This document shows, in pieces, positions 31,121 through 40,018 of a DNA stretch of 64,000 bases. The position numbers and the translations under genes are program-made. The DNA lies in assembly GCA_913052565.1 (NCBI GenBank), contig CAJXFH010000003.1, positions 6,702-70,701 of the forward strand, read 5' to 3'. Source of the DNA: an uncultured Gammaproteobacteria bacterium. Lineage in GTDB: Bacteria; Pseudomonadota; Gammaproteobacteria; Magnimaribacterales; TMED112. The notes under the pieces were generated by a model. It worked only from the letters and a program-made list of their open reading frames with translations. It made no database searches and was not told where the DNA came from. Each line of letters starts with the position of its first letter. Within the stretch, counting starts at the first letter, position 1.

Positions 31121-32219
31121 TTTTATTAATATAGTTATTAATTCTTGTGTTTACGTTTTTTCTAATATGGTTCCAAAATATTTGATAGTCCCAATTATGT
31201 AAATCTTTTTTGCCTGTAATGTCAGTTTTTAATAACCTTTCTATTGTCGATCCTCGTGTTTCTAGATAACCCTTTTCACTCACGCGTGCAAAAATTTCTT
31301 GATTTTGAGGTAGGTATAAGTTTTTAATGGAACTTGAATTCTTATCTACAGCTTTGTAATTGAAAAATACAGAGGGTCCTGAAAGTTTTGGCATTAATAA
31401 AGATTCAAATTTACTTTCGTGCCATTCTTTTGATGTGTTCCAAGAAATTGGATTTGTTGTATGAAGGTGATTAATTTCTTTTAAAGAGTATGAATCTCCA
31501 TCAAACATCCAATATTTGAGCTTTGCTCTAACTGCACCTTCACCTACAGTTTGGAATTGAATAATACTTGGCTCATCAGCAGATTCACAAGCTATTTCTA
31601 AATCTAAATTATCGCTTAACGAATTATCTAGAGGGTATCCTATAAGATAAGCAGCTAAGAGACGTTCGTTAAAATCCTTCTTAAATTCTTCTTCATGAAA
31701 CAGTCTTTGTCCATGCAACGAACCCTGACTATGTGAGGCAATTATAAAAGGTTTTCCTTTAGAAAAATTTGTTAAAAAAAACCTGAATGCTTTTTTAATA
31801 TCAGAATATGCTACCTCTAAACTTTGTTGACTATTTGATTCATTATTTTGTGAAATGGCTGCAAATGTTGCTTGCCTATACTCAGGAGCATATATATTAC
31901 AGCTTTCATAAAAAGCACTTGCCTGACTAGAAAGCATCAGTTGAGTTCTTTGGAAAGTTGAGGAATCTCTATCAATATGAAAATTCCATTCTTTTAAAAA
32001 AAACCCTGTTGGGTGAATATAAAAGCAATCAATTATTTTATTTCTTTTAAATTCTTTATTAAAAGGGGATAGGCTCTCAAAAGATTTATTTTTAGGGGTA
32101 CATGCCCAAAAAAATTGATCAGAGTAATCAGGTTCTGGTGGGAGGTCTTTATCAAAATCTTTTTCAGGAGTGATAGATTTAAAAAATTCATTCAAGAATG
32201 AATTTTCGCTTTTTTGCAT
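31110..32219 (-). CDS. DUF3089 family alpha/beta hydrolase (putative lipase/esterase)
   Basis: 369 aa with IDCFYIHPT, YAPEYRQAT and the nucleophile motif ASHSQGS. It has no signal peptide. It overlaps the transporter gene by 11 nt. Confidence 0.7.
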   Translation of the reverse strand: MQKSENSFLNEFFKSITPEKDFDKDLPPEPDYSDQFFWACTPKNKSFESLSPFNKEFKRNKIIDCFYIHPTGFFLKEWNFHIDRDSSTFQRTQLMLSSQASAFYESCNIYAPEYRQATFAAISQNNESNSQQSLEVAYSDIKKAFRFFLTNFSKGKPFIIASHSQGSLHGQRLFHEEEFKKDFNERLLAAYLIGYPLDNSLSDNLDLEIACESADEPSIIQFQTVGEGAVRAKLKYWMFDGDSYSLKEINHLHTTNPISWNTSKEWHESKFESLLMPKLSGPSVFFNYKAVDKNSSSIKNLYLPQNQEIFARVSEKGYLETRGSTIERLLKTDITGKKDLHNWDYQIFWNHIRKNVNTRINNYINKIEN

Positions 32220-32222
32220 TTC

Positions 32223-35200
32223 TTATTCGTTGACTGTTAGATCAAAAACTTGAACAGCAGCATCTGTACCATCGCTTACTACAATTCTGACAGTGTATTC
32301 TCCTATGTCGTCTTCTCTCGGAGTACCTGTAACACGTCCGTTAGCAGGAGATATTGATAAGAAATCAGCAGCTGAACCGTCAGATTTTTTTGTTATTTCC
32401 ATTGTATATGTAAGCACATCACCATCTTCATCCTCTGCTCTTAGACCATAGAAGTATAGTTGGTTAACGTATGCGTCTGTAAATGGAGAAGTAGTAATAA
32501 CAGGCGCATTATTAGCAACACCTTCTAATTCCGGTGCTAGGTTTATTGACAGATCTGAAACATTTGAGTCGGTTATTTCAAATATTGAACTTGAACCAGT
32601 CATTTCACCTGGACCACCATAAGAATTATCACCATTAATATCTGATCCTATAGTCATTCGGTAGTTACCTGGGTTGATTCCTGTGAATACAAATGTGCCT
32701 TGTCCATCTATCACAGGTGAAAATACTTCTTGTACAGGTATTCCATTTTCATCAAGCAACCTTGCTTTCAGTGCTGGAAGGTTGATATCGTAGGCTTCAC
32801 CAATAACATTAAAGATTACATTCACTCCAACAGAGAGTAACTCATAACCATCAAAAGGAAGATCTGCCCCTTCGATGAGAGGAAAGTCAAATAAGATTGT
32901 TGAATTAACCCAACCCGCCCAAGTGTAGTCTTCTTTCTTGGAGACTGTGAAATTAAATCCGTCTGCTGAAACATCTAAAAATTCAGATTGATAAGTATAA
33001 GTAACATCATTGAAGCCTTCACCAGCTGCACCACTTGGGGTAATAGTGAATTGTCCTGAATAGTTATCCTCTGGAAGAAGAGTAACTAATGATGGTCCCT
33101 GATAGTAAGGTAGGGAATCAAAGCTTGTGAAATAACCATTTTCAAATGAATCAACTGCTTTGATAGCTTTATGCAAGTCAATTATTCCATAACCTAAATG
33201 CTCATCCCAACCAGGTCTAGCAACAGAATCATTTGGTCTAGCTTCTTTGTTTACATCATTTGTTAGCAAGTTAGCAGCTAGCATTTTATCAACCTCAACA
33301 TAGGTTAACTGGCTTGGTAAGCTTGGGTTTGATTCATAAGGCTTTACGATGTCCTCATAATAATATTTAACAAGACCTAAAAATCCTGCGCCATGAGGGG
33401 AAGCCATAGAAGTTCCTTGTGCCCCTATTAGTTGGTTACCATTATTGCTGGATTGAATATAACTATCTACATATGCATATGCATAAACTAGATCATCGAC
33501 TCCATCTGCATTCCAATCAGAGTATTCTCCTCCAGGTGCAGAGAAATCTACATATTCATTTGTTGAAGAATAACTGGATCTTCTATCTGTTCCGTTGGTT
33601 GCACCAACTGAATAAACTTTTGGACAAGCAGCTGGATAGCTCGTTGAACCTACACCTCCGTTACCAGATGATGAAGCAATAAGAACGCCTTTATCTGCAA
33701 GCTCACCTAGTTTTGTACATGATGCAGATGTTGGACTTCCTCCACCGCCGCCGTAACTCATATTCATTGAGTGTAAAGTTTCACCACCACTTCTTTGTGA
33801 AAAACTTGTACCTGAGTCATTGCTATCTCCATTTAAAAACAGATACGCTGCATAAGTTGGGCCACAACCATTTTGATAACAGACCCTCACAGGAGTAACT
33901 TTTGCACCCATACCGTTTCCATCTATACCATCATTAAGCATAGAAATTGTGCTTCCAACGTGTGTCCCATGACTAAAAGATCCTTGCTCAAATTCAATAT
34001 CATCAGCAAGAGGATCGTTATCTTCCATATCCCATCCCCATTCAGTAGTGAATATTGATCTTTGGAATGCAGGGTCTGGCAAGTAAGGACTTCCAGAGTC
34101 TAGTACTGCAACATTTACTGGTTTAGTCTCCTGGCCAATAATATCTAGAGCTTCAGGAATATTTACAACATCGAAGTTCCACCATTGATATGTGTTATAA
34201 CTTGGGTCTTGTGTAAAAGGTTCATACTGAAGTGAACGATTCCAACTTGGTTCTACAAATAAATTTGGAGACCTTTCTTTAAGGACAGAAATTGCTTTCA
34301 TATATCTACCCCTTTCATACGCATCCGGCAGACTCTCCCTTAACGTTGATGTGTACTCTTCATCTTGCCCTAGACCTGCCATTTTTGCTAAATCAGACAT
34401 TGTTACATCAACTAAACCGCCTTCGACATTTCCCATTTCTTGAATGAGTTCATTCTCCGTTTGATTTGTATTGAATCCATCAAATGCTGGTTTTTTAGCT
34501 AGGAGAATTTTTTCTAAATCAAAATCAGCATTAGCTTCATCAGCTGCCTCTTTCAATGCATTTGAGCTGGCAAATTGCGGAGTTTGTGTTATTACATATG
34601 CTGAAGGGATTGAGTTATCAACTCTGTAATGATCAATAAAGACATAGTAAATATCTCCTTCACCAGCAGGTATATAAGCAGTTTCAACTTTATTGTAAGT
34701 ACCACCGACGTTGTCTGTATTTTCTTCCGAATCAATGATGAACATATCTAAATCAACATTTGAATTTGTAGCTGAAGGATTGCCATTATGATTTACCATT
34801 GTAAGTTCAAGGTTGATCCTACCAGGGCCTGCAATTACTTGGAAAAGATCTGCGTCATCTTCTCCACCTAGCCAACCTAATATAGTTGAACCTTCCTCTA
34901 TAAATTGAGCTCTGTTTGTAAAGTTATTCGATATGTTTTCAAAATCTGGATTATTAATATCTGAATCAAGTGCGAAAGGACCATCAATTCCTAATGCACC
35001 ACCAACGTTATATGTTCCAGGGCTTGGTTCTGGAGTTGGTTCAGGCGTTGGTTCAGGCGTTGGTTCTGGTGTTGGTTCAGGCGTTGGCTCTGGTGTTGGT
35101 TCAGGCGTTGGTTCTGGGGTTGGTTCAGGCGTTGGCTCTGGTGTTGGTTCTGGTGTTGGTTCAGGCGTTGGTTCTGGAGTTGGCTCTGGTGTTGGTTCTG

Positions 35201-35780
35201 GTGTTGGTTCCAGTGTAGTTCCATCGGCATTGAACAGATACCAAACTCCACCACTACCATTTCCGTTTGCATCACTATCAGAACTGTCACCAGTGTACTG
35301 ATAGGCTGGTTGGTTGTTGATAAGAATTTGATTTTCTGAATTTTTTGTAAATGTGGCTGTGAAAGATGCAGGTTCTGTAATTACCAGCTCAGATATATCT
35401 CTATCTGTTGTCACGTATGGCCAAGCTGAGCCCTGATATGTGCCGACACCGTCATTAATTCCATCTGGCGTGTAAGCGTAAATTGTTCTCAGATTTGCTA
35501 CCGCATTCCCACCCGGAGTAGCACTTGCATTAACTCCTGACATCTGTATCACCTCATATGCACTTCCGTCAATTGTTACGGATAGAAGAGATGCAGTTAA
35601 TGGTGCTGGTGTTGGTTCTGGTGTTGGTTCAGGTGTTGGAGCTGGTGTTGGAGCTGGTGTTGGAGCTGGTGTTGGGTATGGGTTAGGAGTTACTGGCTCA
35701 ACTGAACTACCTCCTCCTCCGCAGGCAACAAGAATAGCTGTTGAAAGTGCTGAGAAGACGAGATTTAGGTTCTTTTTCAT
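32223..35780 (-). CDS. Large cell-surface lipoprotein subtilisin-like (S8) serine protease with PT/EPTP linkers, a PPC-like domain and a C-terminal Ig/cadherin-like domain
   Basis: 1185 aa. The lipoprotein signal is ...STAILVAC|GGGG. Residues about 61-190 resemble the COG4315/PF03640 secreted-lipoprotein repeat ([14 protein letters not shown]; [14 protein letters not shown]). A PPC-like region contains DDADLFQV. The S8 triad is D561 (VAVLDSG), H604 (HGTHVGS) and S791 ([11 protein letters not shown]), with an oxyanion Asn in SSSGNGG. The C-terminus has a He_PIG-like domain ([19 protein letters not shown]). Confidence 0.85.
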   Translation of the reverse strand: MKKNLNLVFSALSTAILVACGGGGSSVEPVTPNPYPTPAPTPAPTPAPTPEPTPEPTPAPLTASLLSVTIDGSAYEVIQMSGVNASATPGGNAVANLRTIYAYTPDGINDGVGTYQGSAWPYVTTDRDISELVITEPASFTATFTKNSENQILINNQPAYQYTGDSSDSDANGNGSGGVWYLFNADGTTLEPTPEPTPEPTPEPTPEPTPEPTPEPTPEPTPEPTPEPTPEPTPEPTPEPTPEPTPEPTPEPSPGTYNVGGALGIDGPFALDSDINNPDFENISNNFTNRAQFIEEGSTILGWLGGEDDADLFQVIAGPGRINLELTMVNHNGNPSATNSNVDLDMFIIDSEENTDNVGGTYNKVETAYIPAGEGDIYYVFIDHYRVDNSIPSAYVITQTPQFASSNALKEAADEANADFDLEKILLAKKPAFDGFNTNQTENELIQEMGNVEGGLVDVTMSDLAKMAGLGQDEEYTSTLRESLPDAYERGRYMKAISVLKERSPNLFVEPSWNRSLQYEPFTQDPSYNTYQWWNFDVVNIPEALDIIGQETKPVNVAVLDSGSPYLPDPAFQRSIFTTEWGWDMEDNDPLADDIEFEQGSFSHGTHVGSTISMLNDGIDGNGMGAKVTPVRVCYQNGCGPTYAAYLFLNGDSNDSGTSFSQRSGGETLHSMNMSYGGGGGSPTSASCTKLGELADKGVLIASSSGNGGVGSTSYPAACPKVYSVGATNGTDRRSSYSSTNEYVDFSAPGGEYSDWNADGVDDLVYAYAYVDSYIQSSNNGNQLIGAQGTSMASPHGAGFLGLVKYYYEDIVKPYESNPSLPSQLTYVEVDKMLAANLLTNDVNKEARPNDSVARPGWDEHLGYGIIDLHKAIKAVDSFENGYFTSFDSLPYYQGPSLVTLLPEDNYSGQFTITPSGAAGEGFNDVTYTYQSEFLDVSADGFNFTVSKKEDYTWAGWVNSTILFDFPLIEGADLPFDGYELLSVGVNVIFNVIGEAYDINLPALKARLLDENGIPVQEVFSPVIDGQGTFVFTGINPGNYRMTIGSDINGDNSYGGPGEMTGSSSIFEITDSNVSDLSINLAPELEGVANNAPVITTSPFTDAYVNQLYFYGLRAEDEDGDVLTYTMEITKKSDGSAADFLSISPANGRVTGTPREDDIGEYTVRIVVSDGTDAAVQVFDLTVNE
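35021..35211 (-). repeat. In-frame tandem 12-nt repeat, 16 units, encoding (EPTP)15-EPSP
   Basis: The plus strand shows ggttc[t/a]gg[n]gtt units. They encode aa 191-254 of the protease. Third codon positions vary between units. Confidence 0.95.
35601..35690 (-). repeat. In-frame Pro/Thr/Ala-rich repeat encoding [25 protein letters not shown]
   Basis: This is a second PT linker immediately after the lipobox Cys (aa about 31-60). It uses the same 12-nt unit family as 35021-35211. Confidence 0.9.
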
Positions 35781-35792
35781 TTGTACCGTACT

Positions 35793-35820
35793 TTTATATA
35801 TGTTGTATTTTTTTATTCAA
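35793..35820 (-). promoter_or_regulatory. Candidate sigma70-type promoter for the protease gene (TTGAAT-N16-TATAAA)
   Basis: The minus strand reads TTGAAT (35820-35815), a 16-nt spacer, then TATAAA (35798-35793), 12 nt before the ATG. The AT-rich background makes chance matches likely. Confidence 0.3.
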
Positions 35821-35885
35821 CCTCTAAGGCAAATTTTCTTAAATAATGTCACAAAATTGTAACTTATTAACACCGTTTTAAACAG

Positions 35886-35961
35886 TGGTGGGTCGTATAG
35901 GATTCGAACCTATGACCAACGGGTTAAAAGCCCGGTGCTCTACCAGCTGAGCTAACGACCC
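35886..35961 (-). tRNA. tRNA-Lys (anticodon UUU), CCA encoded
   Basis: The reverse complement is GGGTCGTTAGCTCAGCTGGTAGAGCACCGGGCTTTTAACCCGTTGGTCATAGGTTCGAATCCTATACGACCCACCA. It has a 7-bp acceptor stem, a D arm GCTC/GAGC, a T arm ATAGG-TTCGAAT-CCTAT and an anticodon loop CTTTTAA. It is close to E. coli tRNA-Lys, and a tRNA-Lys after cpoB matches the E. coli arrangement. Confidence 0.95.
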
Positions 35962-35974
35962 AACAATAAAAACG

Positions 35975-36616
35975 CTATTCTAGACTACTTAGAGCTTCAC
36001 TGGAAGCTTTTGCAGCCGAACTTTGAGGGTATTCTCTTATTACACTCTCGAACTGTGCTGCTGCTCTATCTAGACTTCCCTGCTCCAAATATATAGAGCC
36101 GAGTTTAAATTTTGCTAGTGGCACTTTCCAATGCGTAGGATAAAGACCCACAAGAGTATTAAAATTTTGAGTCGCAACCGCTAAATTTTCATTTGTTAAA
36201 TTAATCTCTCCCATCCAAAAATAAGCCAAAGGAGTATTTTCAGAATCTGGCGAATTTTGAATATATACACTTAGCGAATTAAGAGCTTCAGAGAGACGGC
36301 CTTTTCTAATAAGCAAAATAGCTTCATCGTATGTATTGAGTGACTTGGTCTCCTCAGTATTTTGAACTTCTATTTTTTGTAAATCCTCAATAGACATGAC
36401 AGACGTCAAACGAGAGTCTAGGCTATTTATAAGTTCAAGATTTCTGTTCTGATAAAAATCAAGTTGTGTTTGCATTACTTCTAACTCATTCCTCAAAGAG
36501 GCAATTTCTTTTTCCAAAGTTTGGATTTTTAAATAAAGCTCGATGAACTCTTTGTTTTCATCAGCTTGTGAGAAAGAAAAAGAGCTTAAAAGAATTATGA
36601 GTAATATTTTTTTCAC
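35975..36616 (-). CDS. cpoB: Cell division coordinator CpoB (YbgF)
   Basis: 213 aa with a signal peptide, an N-terminal coiled coil and a C-terminal TPR region. It is the last gene of the tol-pal cluster. Confidence 0.8.
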   Translation of the reverse strand: MKKILLIILLSSFSFSQADENKEFIELYLKIQTLEKEIASLRNELEVMQTQLDFYQNRNLELINSLDSRLTSVMSIEDLQKIEVQNTEETKSLNTYDEAILLIRKGRLSEALNSLSVYIQNSPDSENTPLAYFWMGEINLTNENLAVATQNFNTLVGLYPTHWKVPLAKFKLGSIYLEQGSLDRAAAQFESVIREYPQSSAAKASSEALSSLE

Positions 36617-37110
36617 TATCTAATAAAGAATACTTCTGCTCTTCTATTCTTTGCCCATGCTGTTTCATTTGATGCAACATCAACTGGCGATTCCTCACCA
36701 TAACCAACAACTTCAATGTTGAAAGATGAAACACCTGTTGCAACCAAAAAGTCTTCAATTGCCTTTGCTCTTCTTTCACTGAGAGCTAAATTATATTCTC
36801 TTGTTCCTCTTTCATCAGCATGCCCCTCAACTAGTAAAGTATATCTAGCATCTCCTTTCATCATCCTTGATATTGTAAAGAGACTTTCCAAGGATTCTTC
36901 CTTTAATGTATCCTCATCATAATCAAAGTAGACTGTAACGAAGGCTTCCCCAACATCAACTTCATTCATAGGATCAACCCTATTTTCTTCTGTTGATTTT
37001 TCAGTTAAATCAACTGTTGTAGTTTCCTGAACTTCAACTTTTTCAACTGGTGTTGTTGAACAAGCAAATATAAAAAAAATCGTAAATATTAAAATTAATG
37101 CGTTTTTCAT
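36616..37110 (-). CDS. pal: Peptidoglycan-associated lipoprotein Pal
   Basis: It has the lipobox IFACS and an OmpA-like domain (VYFDYDEDTL, LVEGHADERGTREYNLALSERRA). I prefer the ATG at 37110 (MKNALILIF...) to the track start at 37134, which would overlap tolB. Confidence 0.92.
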   Translation of the reverse strand: MKNALILIFTIFFIFACSTTPVEKVEVQETTTVDLTEKSTEENRVDPMNEVDVGEAFVTVYFDYDEDTLKEESLESLFTISRMMKGDARYTLLVEGHADERGTREYNLALSERRAKAIEDFLVATGVSSFNIEVVGYGEESPVDVASNETAWAKNRRAEVFFIR

Positions 37111-37112
37111 AA

Positions 37113-38366
37113 TTATCTTAAAAATGGTGACCATGCAGGTTCTTTTAATTCTCCAAATAATGCCGGAAGCTTAAAGCTTACCTTGCTGCTTATATTTACA
37201 CCAGCAAGATAAGACAAACTACCTTCTTTAGCAGAATAAATTATAACATTCCCATTTGGTGCAATACACGGACTTTCATCATTTTTAGTGGTTGTAAGTA
37301 CTTCAAGCTTTCTAGTTGTAAGATTCATTTTCGCAACATTAAAATTTGAGCTAAAACGATGAACCAGGACAATCTCATCTTCACTAATATATGAAGCCCT
37401 AGCGTTATAAGTGCCTTGAGTTGTTAATCTCCTTTTTAATTTCGTCCTGACATTTATTTCATAAATTTGGGGGCTGCCAGATCTATCAGAAGTAAAAATT
37501 ATTTTCTTTCCATCCGGTGACCATGCAGGCTCAGTATCGATTGCGCTATTTTCTGTCAGCCTAGAGATTTTTTTATTGTTCAAATCAATGATATAAATTT
37601 CAGAGTTGCCATCTTTTGTACTAGTAAGTGCCAGATTCTTTCCATCCGGTGACCATGCAGGTGAGCTAACTGAAGAACTAGAACTTAATATTAAATCTCT
37701 TTTGCCTGATGCTAGATCTTGAATGAATACCTGTGCTCTATTATTTTCAAAAGACACATAGGCAATTTGTTTTCCATCACTCGACCATGCTGGCGAAATA
37801 ATAGACTTATTGGATTTTAATAAAACCTGGTCATTGAATCCATCGGCATCACTAATAATCAGTTTATGAGTATCAAGGTTTTTAGTTACATACATCAGTT
37901 TGGTTGAAGAGATTCCATCAATTCCATAAAAGTACTTATAAACACCATCAGAAATATAGTGGCTTGTTTGTCTGAGACTATCAGGCAAACCTAAAATAAT
38001 TTTTTTCTCTTCGACTTCATCGTAACTTACATCAAAAAGTGACCAGTCAATATCTAAACTGCCTGATGTACTATCTATCTCTAAAAACAAAATTGAATCT
38101 ACATCTAATAAAAGCCAATCTCTTTGAATTACCTCAGATTCGTTGGCAGGAACACTTAATAATTCATTGATTCCTAATATTTCAAATTCTCCTGTTCTCT
38201 TAAGATCATTGCTCACAATTTCAATGATCTCTTGGCCGACCATTGAGTTATTATTTTTTTCTAAAATAGCAATTTTTACTGGCTTAGAAGCTCCTTCTGT
38301 TATTTCTAAGACAAGGTCCGAAAAAGCATAGAAGCTGAATAGAAGTAATAAAAATAATGCTCTCAT
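37113..38366 (-). CDS. tolB: Tol-Pal system beta-propeller protein TolB
   Basis: 417 aa with a signal peptide and repeated SPAWSPDGK blades. Confidence 0.93.
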   Translation of the reverse strand: MRALFLLLLFSFYAFSDLVLEITEGASKPVKIAILEKNNNSMVGQEIIEIVSNDLKRTGEFEILGINELLSVPANESEVIQRDWLLLDVDSILFLEIDSTSGSLDIDWSLFDVSYDEVEEKKIILGLPDSLRQTSHYISDGVYKYFYGIDGISSTKLMYVTKNLDTHKLIISDADGFNDQVLLKSNKSIISPAWSSDGKQIAYVSFENNRAQVFIQDLASGKRDLILSSSSSVSSPAWSPDGKNLALTSTKDGNSEIYIIDLNNKKISRLTENSAIDTEPAWSPDGKKIIFTSDRSGSPQIYEINVRTKLKRRLTTQGTYNARASYISEDEIVLVHRFSSNFNVAKMNLTTRKLEVLTTTKNDESPCIAPNGNVIIYSAKEGSLSYLAGVNISSKVSFKLPALFGELKEPAWSPFLR

Positions 38367-38956
38367 TCTGGTTTGAATCTCAAAGTAAACTTAGAAAAAT
38401 AAATTCTATATTCTTCATCATTAATGGTATTAATATATCGCACTTGCTTATATTTCCTTATAGCATTAAGAGCCGCTCTATCAAATGCCTTATTTCCACT
38501 CGATTGAACTAATTCAATATCATCGATTAACCCAGACCTGCTAAGACTTAAAGAAAAATCTGCAAACATTCCTTTTTTAGAATTATTGGGCTTAATCCAC
38601 AACTCTTCAATATCTTTGATAACTTTGGAACTGATTTGTTCAACAATATCGATATTCTCTAATATTTTTTTTTGCAATGCTTCCTCTTCAAGGTATTCAT
38701 CAAGATTTTCTATTTGTTTTTGTTTTAATTTGGTTTCTGCTATTTGCTCACTTTTTGCCAGATTTTCATTTTTGCTTGAGGTGACTGTTTTTGATTTTTT
38801 AACTTCAATTGTTTCTTTTGGCTCTTCAATAAAATTTACATTTGTAATTTTTCTGAAGGTTTCTTTAGTTTCAGAAACTGAAAAAACTTCGTAACTAATG
38901 AAAATGAGGACATGGACAATGACAGATAACAAAATAGCACTTATCCATCTAATCAT
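38363..38956 (-). CDS. tolA: Tol-Pal system protein TolA (short form)
   Basis: 197 aa with an N-terminal TM helix, a Lys/Glu-rich helical spacer and a TonB_C-like C-terminal domain (NKAFDRAALNAIRKY). It lies between tolR and tolB. Confidence 0.75.
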   Translation of the reverse strand: MIRWISAILLSVIVHVLIFISYEVFSVSETKETFRKITNVNFIEEPKETIEVKKSKTVTSSKNENLAKSEQIAETKLKQKQIENLDEYLEEEALQKKILENIDIVEQISSKVIKDIEELWIKPNNSKKGMFADFSLSLSRSGLIDDIELVQSSGNKAFDRAALNAIRKYKQVRYINTINDEEYRIYFSKFTLRFKPE

Positions 38957-39372
38957 GGCTGAGTGGCGAGAGAAAAGTTATTTGCTCCGTTAGCTTGTAA
39001 AACGCTAAGTAGTTCGGCAATAGCTTGGTAAGATGATTCTTTATCGCCTCTGACAATTATTTCAATATTTGGATTTGCAGAAATTACTTTACTGAATCGA
39101 TCTTCGATAAAACCTAAAGATACTTGGACATTTGAGCCATCTTCCTCAATAAAATATTTTCCGTCTTTGCTTACGTCAATTGTAAAGGGCTGTGAATTTT
39201 CAAGCTCAATTTCATCAGCAGGTGCATTTGGCAAGTTTATATCTATTCCTTGAACTGCAAGTGGAGCAACTACCATGAAGATAACCAGCAAAACGAGCAT
39301 AATATCAACATAAGGTACAACGTTTATTTCGTTAATAACTTTTGAATTTTTTCCGCGTTTCTCCAGGAGCAT
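38953..39372 (-). CDS. tolR: Tol-Pal system protein TolR (ExbD family)
   Basis: 139 aa with the ExbD-type N-terminus INVVPYVDIMLVLLVIFMV. Confidence 0.9.
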   Translation of the reverse strand: MLLEKRGKNSKVINEINVVPYVDIMLVLLVIFMVVAPLAVQGIDINLPNAPADEIELENSQPFTIDVSKDGKYFIEEDGSNVQVSLGFIEDRFSKVISANPNIEIIVRGDKESSYQAIAELLSVLQANGANNFSLATQP

Positions 39373-39373
39373 C

Positions 39374-40018
39374 TTAATTATTTTTAAATTGAGTTATTAA
39401 CTCCTCAGCAAAAGCGAGAGAACCATTGATCAAATTATCCAATTTTTTGGAAAATTGATTATAGGCAATAAGTGCTGGTATAGCAGCTAACAAACCAACT
39501 GCTGTTGCTACTAAAGCTTCTGAAATTCCAGGCGCAACAGAACTTAAAGTAAGTTGTGCAGTTGTTGATAGTCCTTGGAAAGCGTTAATGATTCCAATCA
39601 CAGTACCCAATAATCCGATGTATGGCGCACTTGAGCTAATTGTAGCCAGAAGTGCAAGGTTTTTAGATAATCTTTCTTCTTCTCTATTTGCAACAACTCT
39701 TATAAGCCTTTCTGTTGATTCAATATCTGAATTTGAATTGCTCTTTGATTTCAGTCCATCACATATTGTCACTAATACAAGTTCAAATGGTTCTAATTCT
39801 GAGCCTTTGTCTTTTATTGATAAATAAAGATCGTCAATTTTTTCGCCTTCCCAAAACCTATCCTCTAAGTCATGAGAGGCTTTTGTTGCCTTTGACAAAG
39901 TAAAGTATTTTTCGAAAATTAAAATCCATGAAGTGACTGATGCAATGACTAAAATGACCAAAATTATTTGGACCGGCAAGGAAGCTTGCAACAACATTTC
40001 TACTGCATCAAAATCCAT
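39374..40018 (-). CDS. tolQ: Tol-Pal system protein TolQ (MotA/ExbB family)
   Basis: 214 aa with three TM helices and the conserved ApYIGLLGTViGI region. Confidence 0.92.
   Translation of the reverse strand: MDFDAVEMLLQASLPVQIILVILVIASVTSWILIFEKYFTLSKATKASHDLEDRFWEGEKIDDLYLSIKDKGSELEPFELVLVTICDGLKSKSNSNSDIESTERLIRVVANREEERLSKNLALLATISSSAPYIGLLGTVIGIINAFQGLSTTAQLTLSSVAPGISEALVATAVGLLAAIPALIAYNQFSKKLDNLINGSLAFAEELITQFKNN

Noticed and set aside
35021-35211. A regularly spaced short repeat that could be taken for a CRISPR array or non-coding satellite.
   Set aside because: The units are 12 nt and contiguous, with no spacers. They are in frame and encode EPTP. There are no cas genes.
34933-35301. 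Three repeat-rich ORFs in the track: 34933..35301 (+) with GSGV repeats, 34970..35218 (+) with LVQALV repeats, and 34991..35290 (-) with NQHQ repeats.
   Set aside because: They are alternative-frame or antisense readings of the EPTP repeat inside the well-supported 1185-aa protease gene. They are low-complexity artefacts.
35862-35890. Possible hairpin terminator just downstream of the tRNA-Lys (CACC...GGTG around gtttaaaac).
   Set aside because: The stem is only about 4+2 bp with mismatches. It overlaps the tRNA 3' end and is not followed by a T-run.
28104-35961. A tRNA-Lys-anchored genomic island or integrative element.
   Set aside because: I could find no integrase or recombinase and no direct repeat of the tRNA 3' end at the distal boundary. 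A tRNA-Lys immediately after cpoB is the ancestral arrangement, as in E. coli. I treat the region as an accessory insert of unknown origin, not a mobile element.
36616-37134. Track-extended starts: pal at 37134, pdxB TTG at 1246 and rpsF GTG at 57675.
   Set aside because: Internal ATGs give canonical N-termini and remove or shorten the overlaps: 37110 (MKNALILIF...FACS lipoprotein signal), 1234 (MKILIDKN) and 57672 (MQKYEL).
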